DNA from: an uncultured delta proteobacterium
GTDB lineage: Bacteria > Desulfobacterota > Binatia > UBA9968
Assembly: GCA_963840855.1 (NCBI GenBank)
Contig: CAWJBB010000041.1
Coordinates: forward strand, 160,001-224,000
Reading direction: 5' to 3'
DNA length: 64,000 nucleotides
The stretch's first letter is position 1; every line of letters begins with the position of its first letter. Position numbers and translations under genes: made by a program. Under the pieces are notes generated by a model. The model was not told the DNA's origin and made no database searches. It saw nothing but the letters and a program-made list of their open reading frames with translations. This document shows, piece after piece, positions 63,933 through 64,000 of this stretch.

Positions 63933-64000
63933 ATGGCCAAGAAGCAGAAGATGTTTACCCTGAGCGAAGCCGCCAAATATCTTGGCATTTCCGCCAACGC
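63933..64000 (+). CDS. Helix-turn-helix DNA-binding protein (partial, runs off window)
   Basis: MAKKQKMFTLSEAAKYLGISAN; divergent from the replication operon. Confidence 0.7.
   Translation, partial: MAKKQKMFTLSEAAKYLGISAN

Overview
Bacterial chromosome window with three parts. The gene content resembles uncultured Deltaproteobacteria-like lineages such as Ca. Binatia; this is inference only. (1) 1-28.3 kb is mostly core metabolism: ilvB/ilvN, an HD-GYP protein, a PAS histidine kinase, purC, UbiD, ALDH, SDR, pilT/pilU, two tandem succinate dehydrogenase/fumarate reductase operons, UDG, an FAD/Fe-S oxidoreductase, thrC and an LLM monooxygenase. It also holds an ArsC/Spx-family gene, missed by the ORF track, with an in-frame UGA in a UxxC motif and a SECIS-like hairpin (probable selenoprotein). 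(2) About 28.4-58.9 kb is an accessory mosaic. Its most striking unexplained feature is a 66-bp hairpin-like site (GATTGAACTGAA...TTCA(G/A)TTCAATC) present about 10 times between 28.4 and 50.4 kb. The site is always intergenic, always in the same orientation, and sits between gene modules. It precedes all four orphan ABC substrate-binding-protein paralogues, which share a conserved ~110-bp leader, and follows three of them. It also follows a fifth paralogue reduced to its signal peptide. The layout resembles a gene-cassette array with no recombinase inside it. (3) A tRNA-Ser(GGA) is followed by a phage-satellite-like element (integrase, Xis-like HTH, AAA helicase with internal iteron palindrome, CHC2 zinc finger) that runs off the window end. 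Many single-base frameshifts suggest long-read consensus errors.
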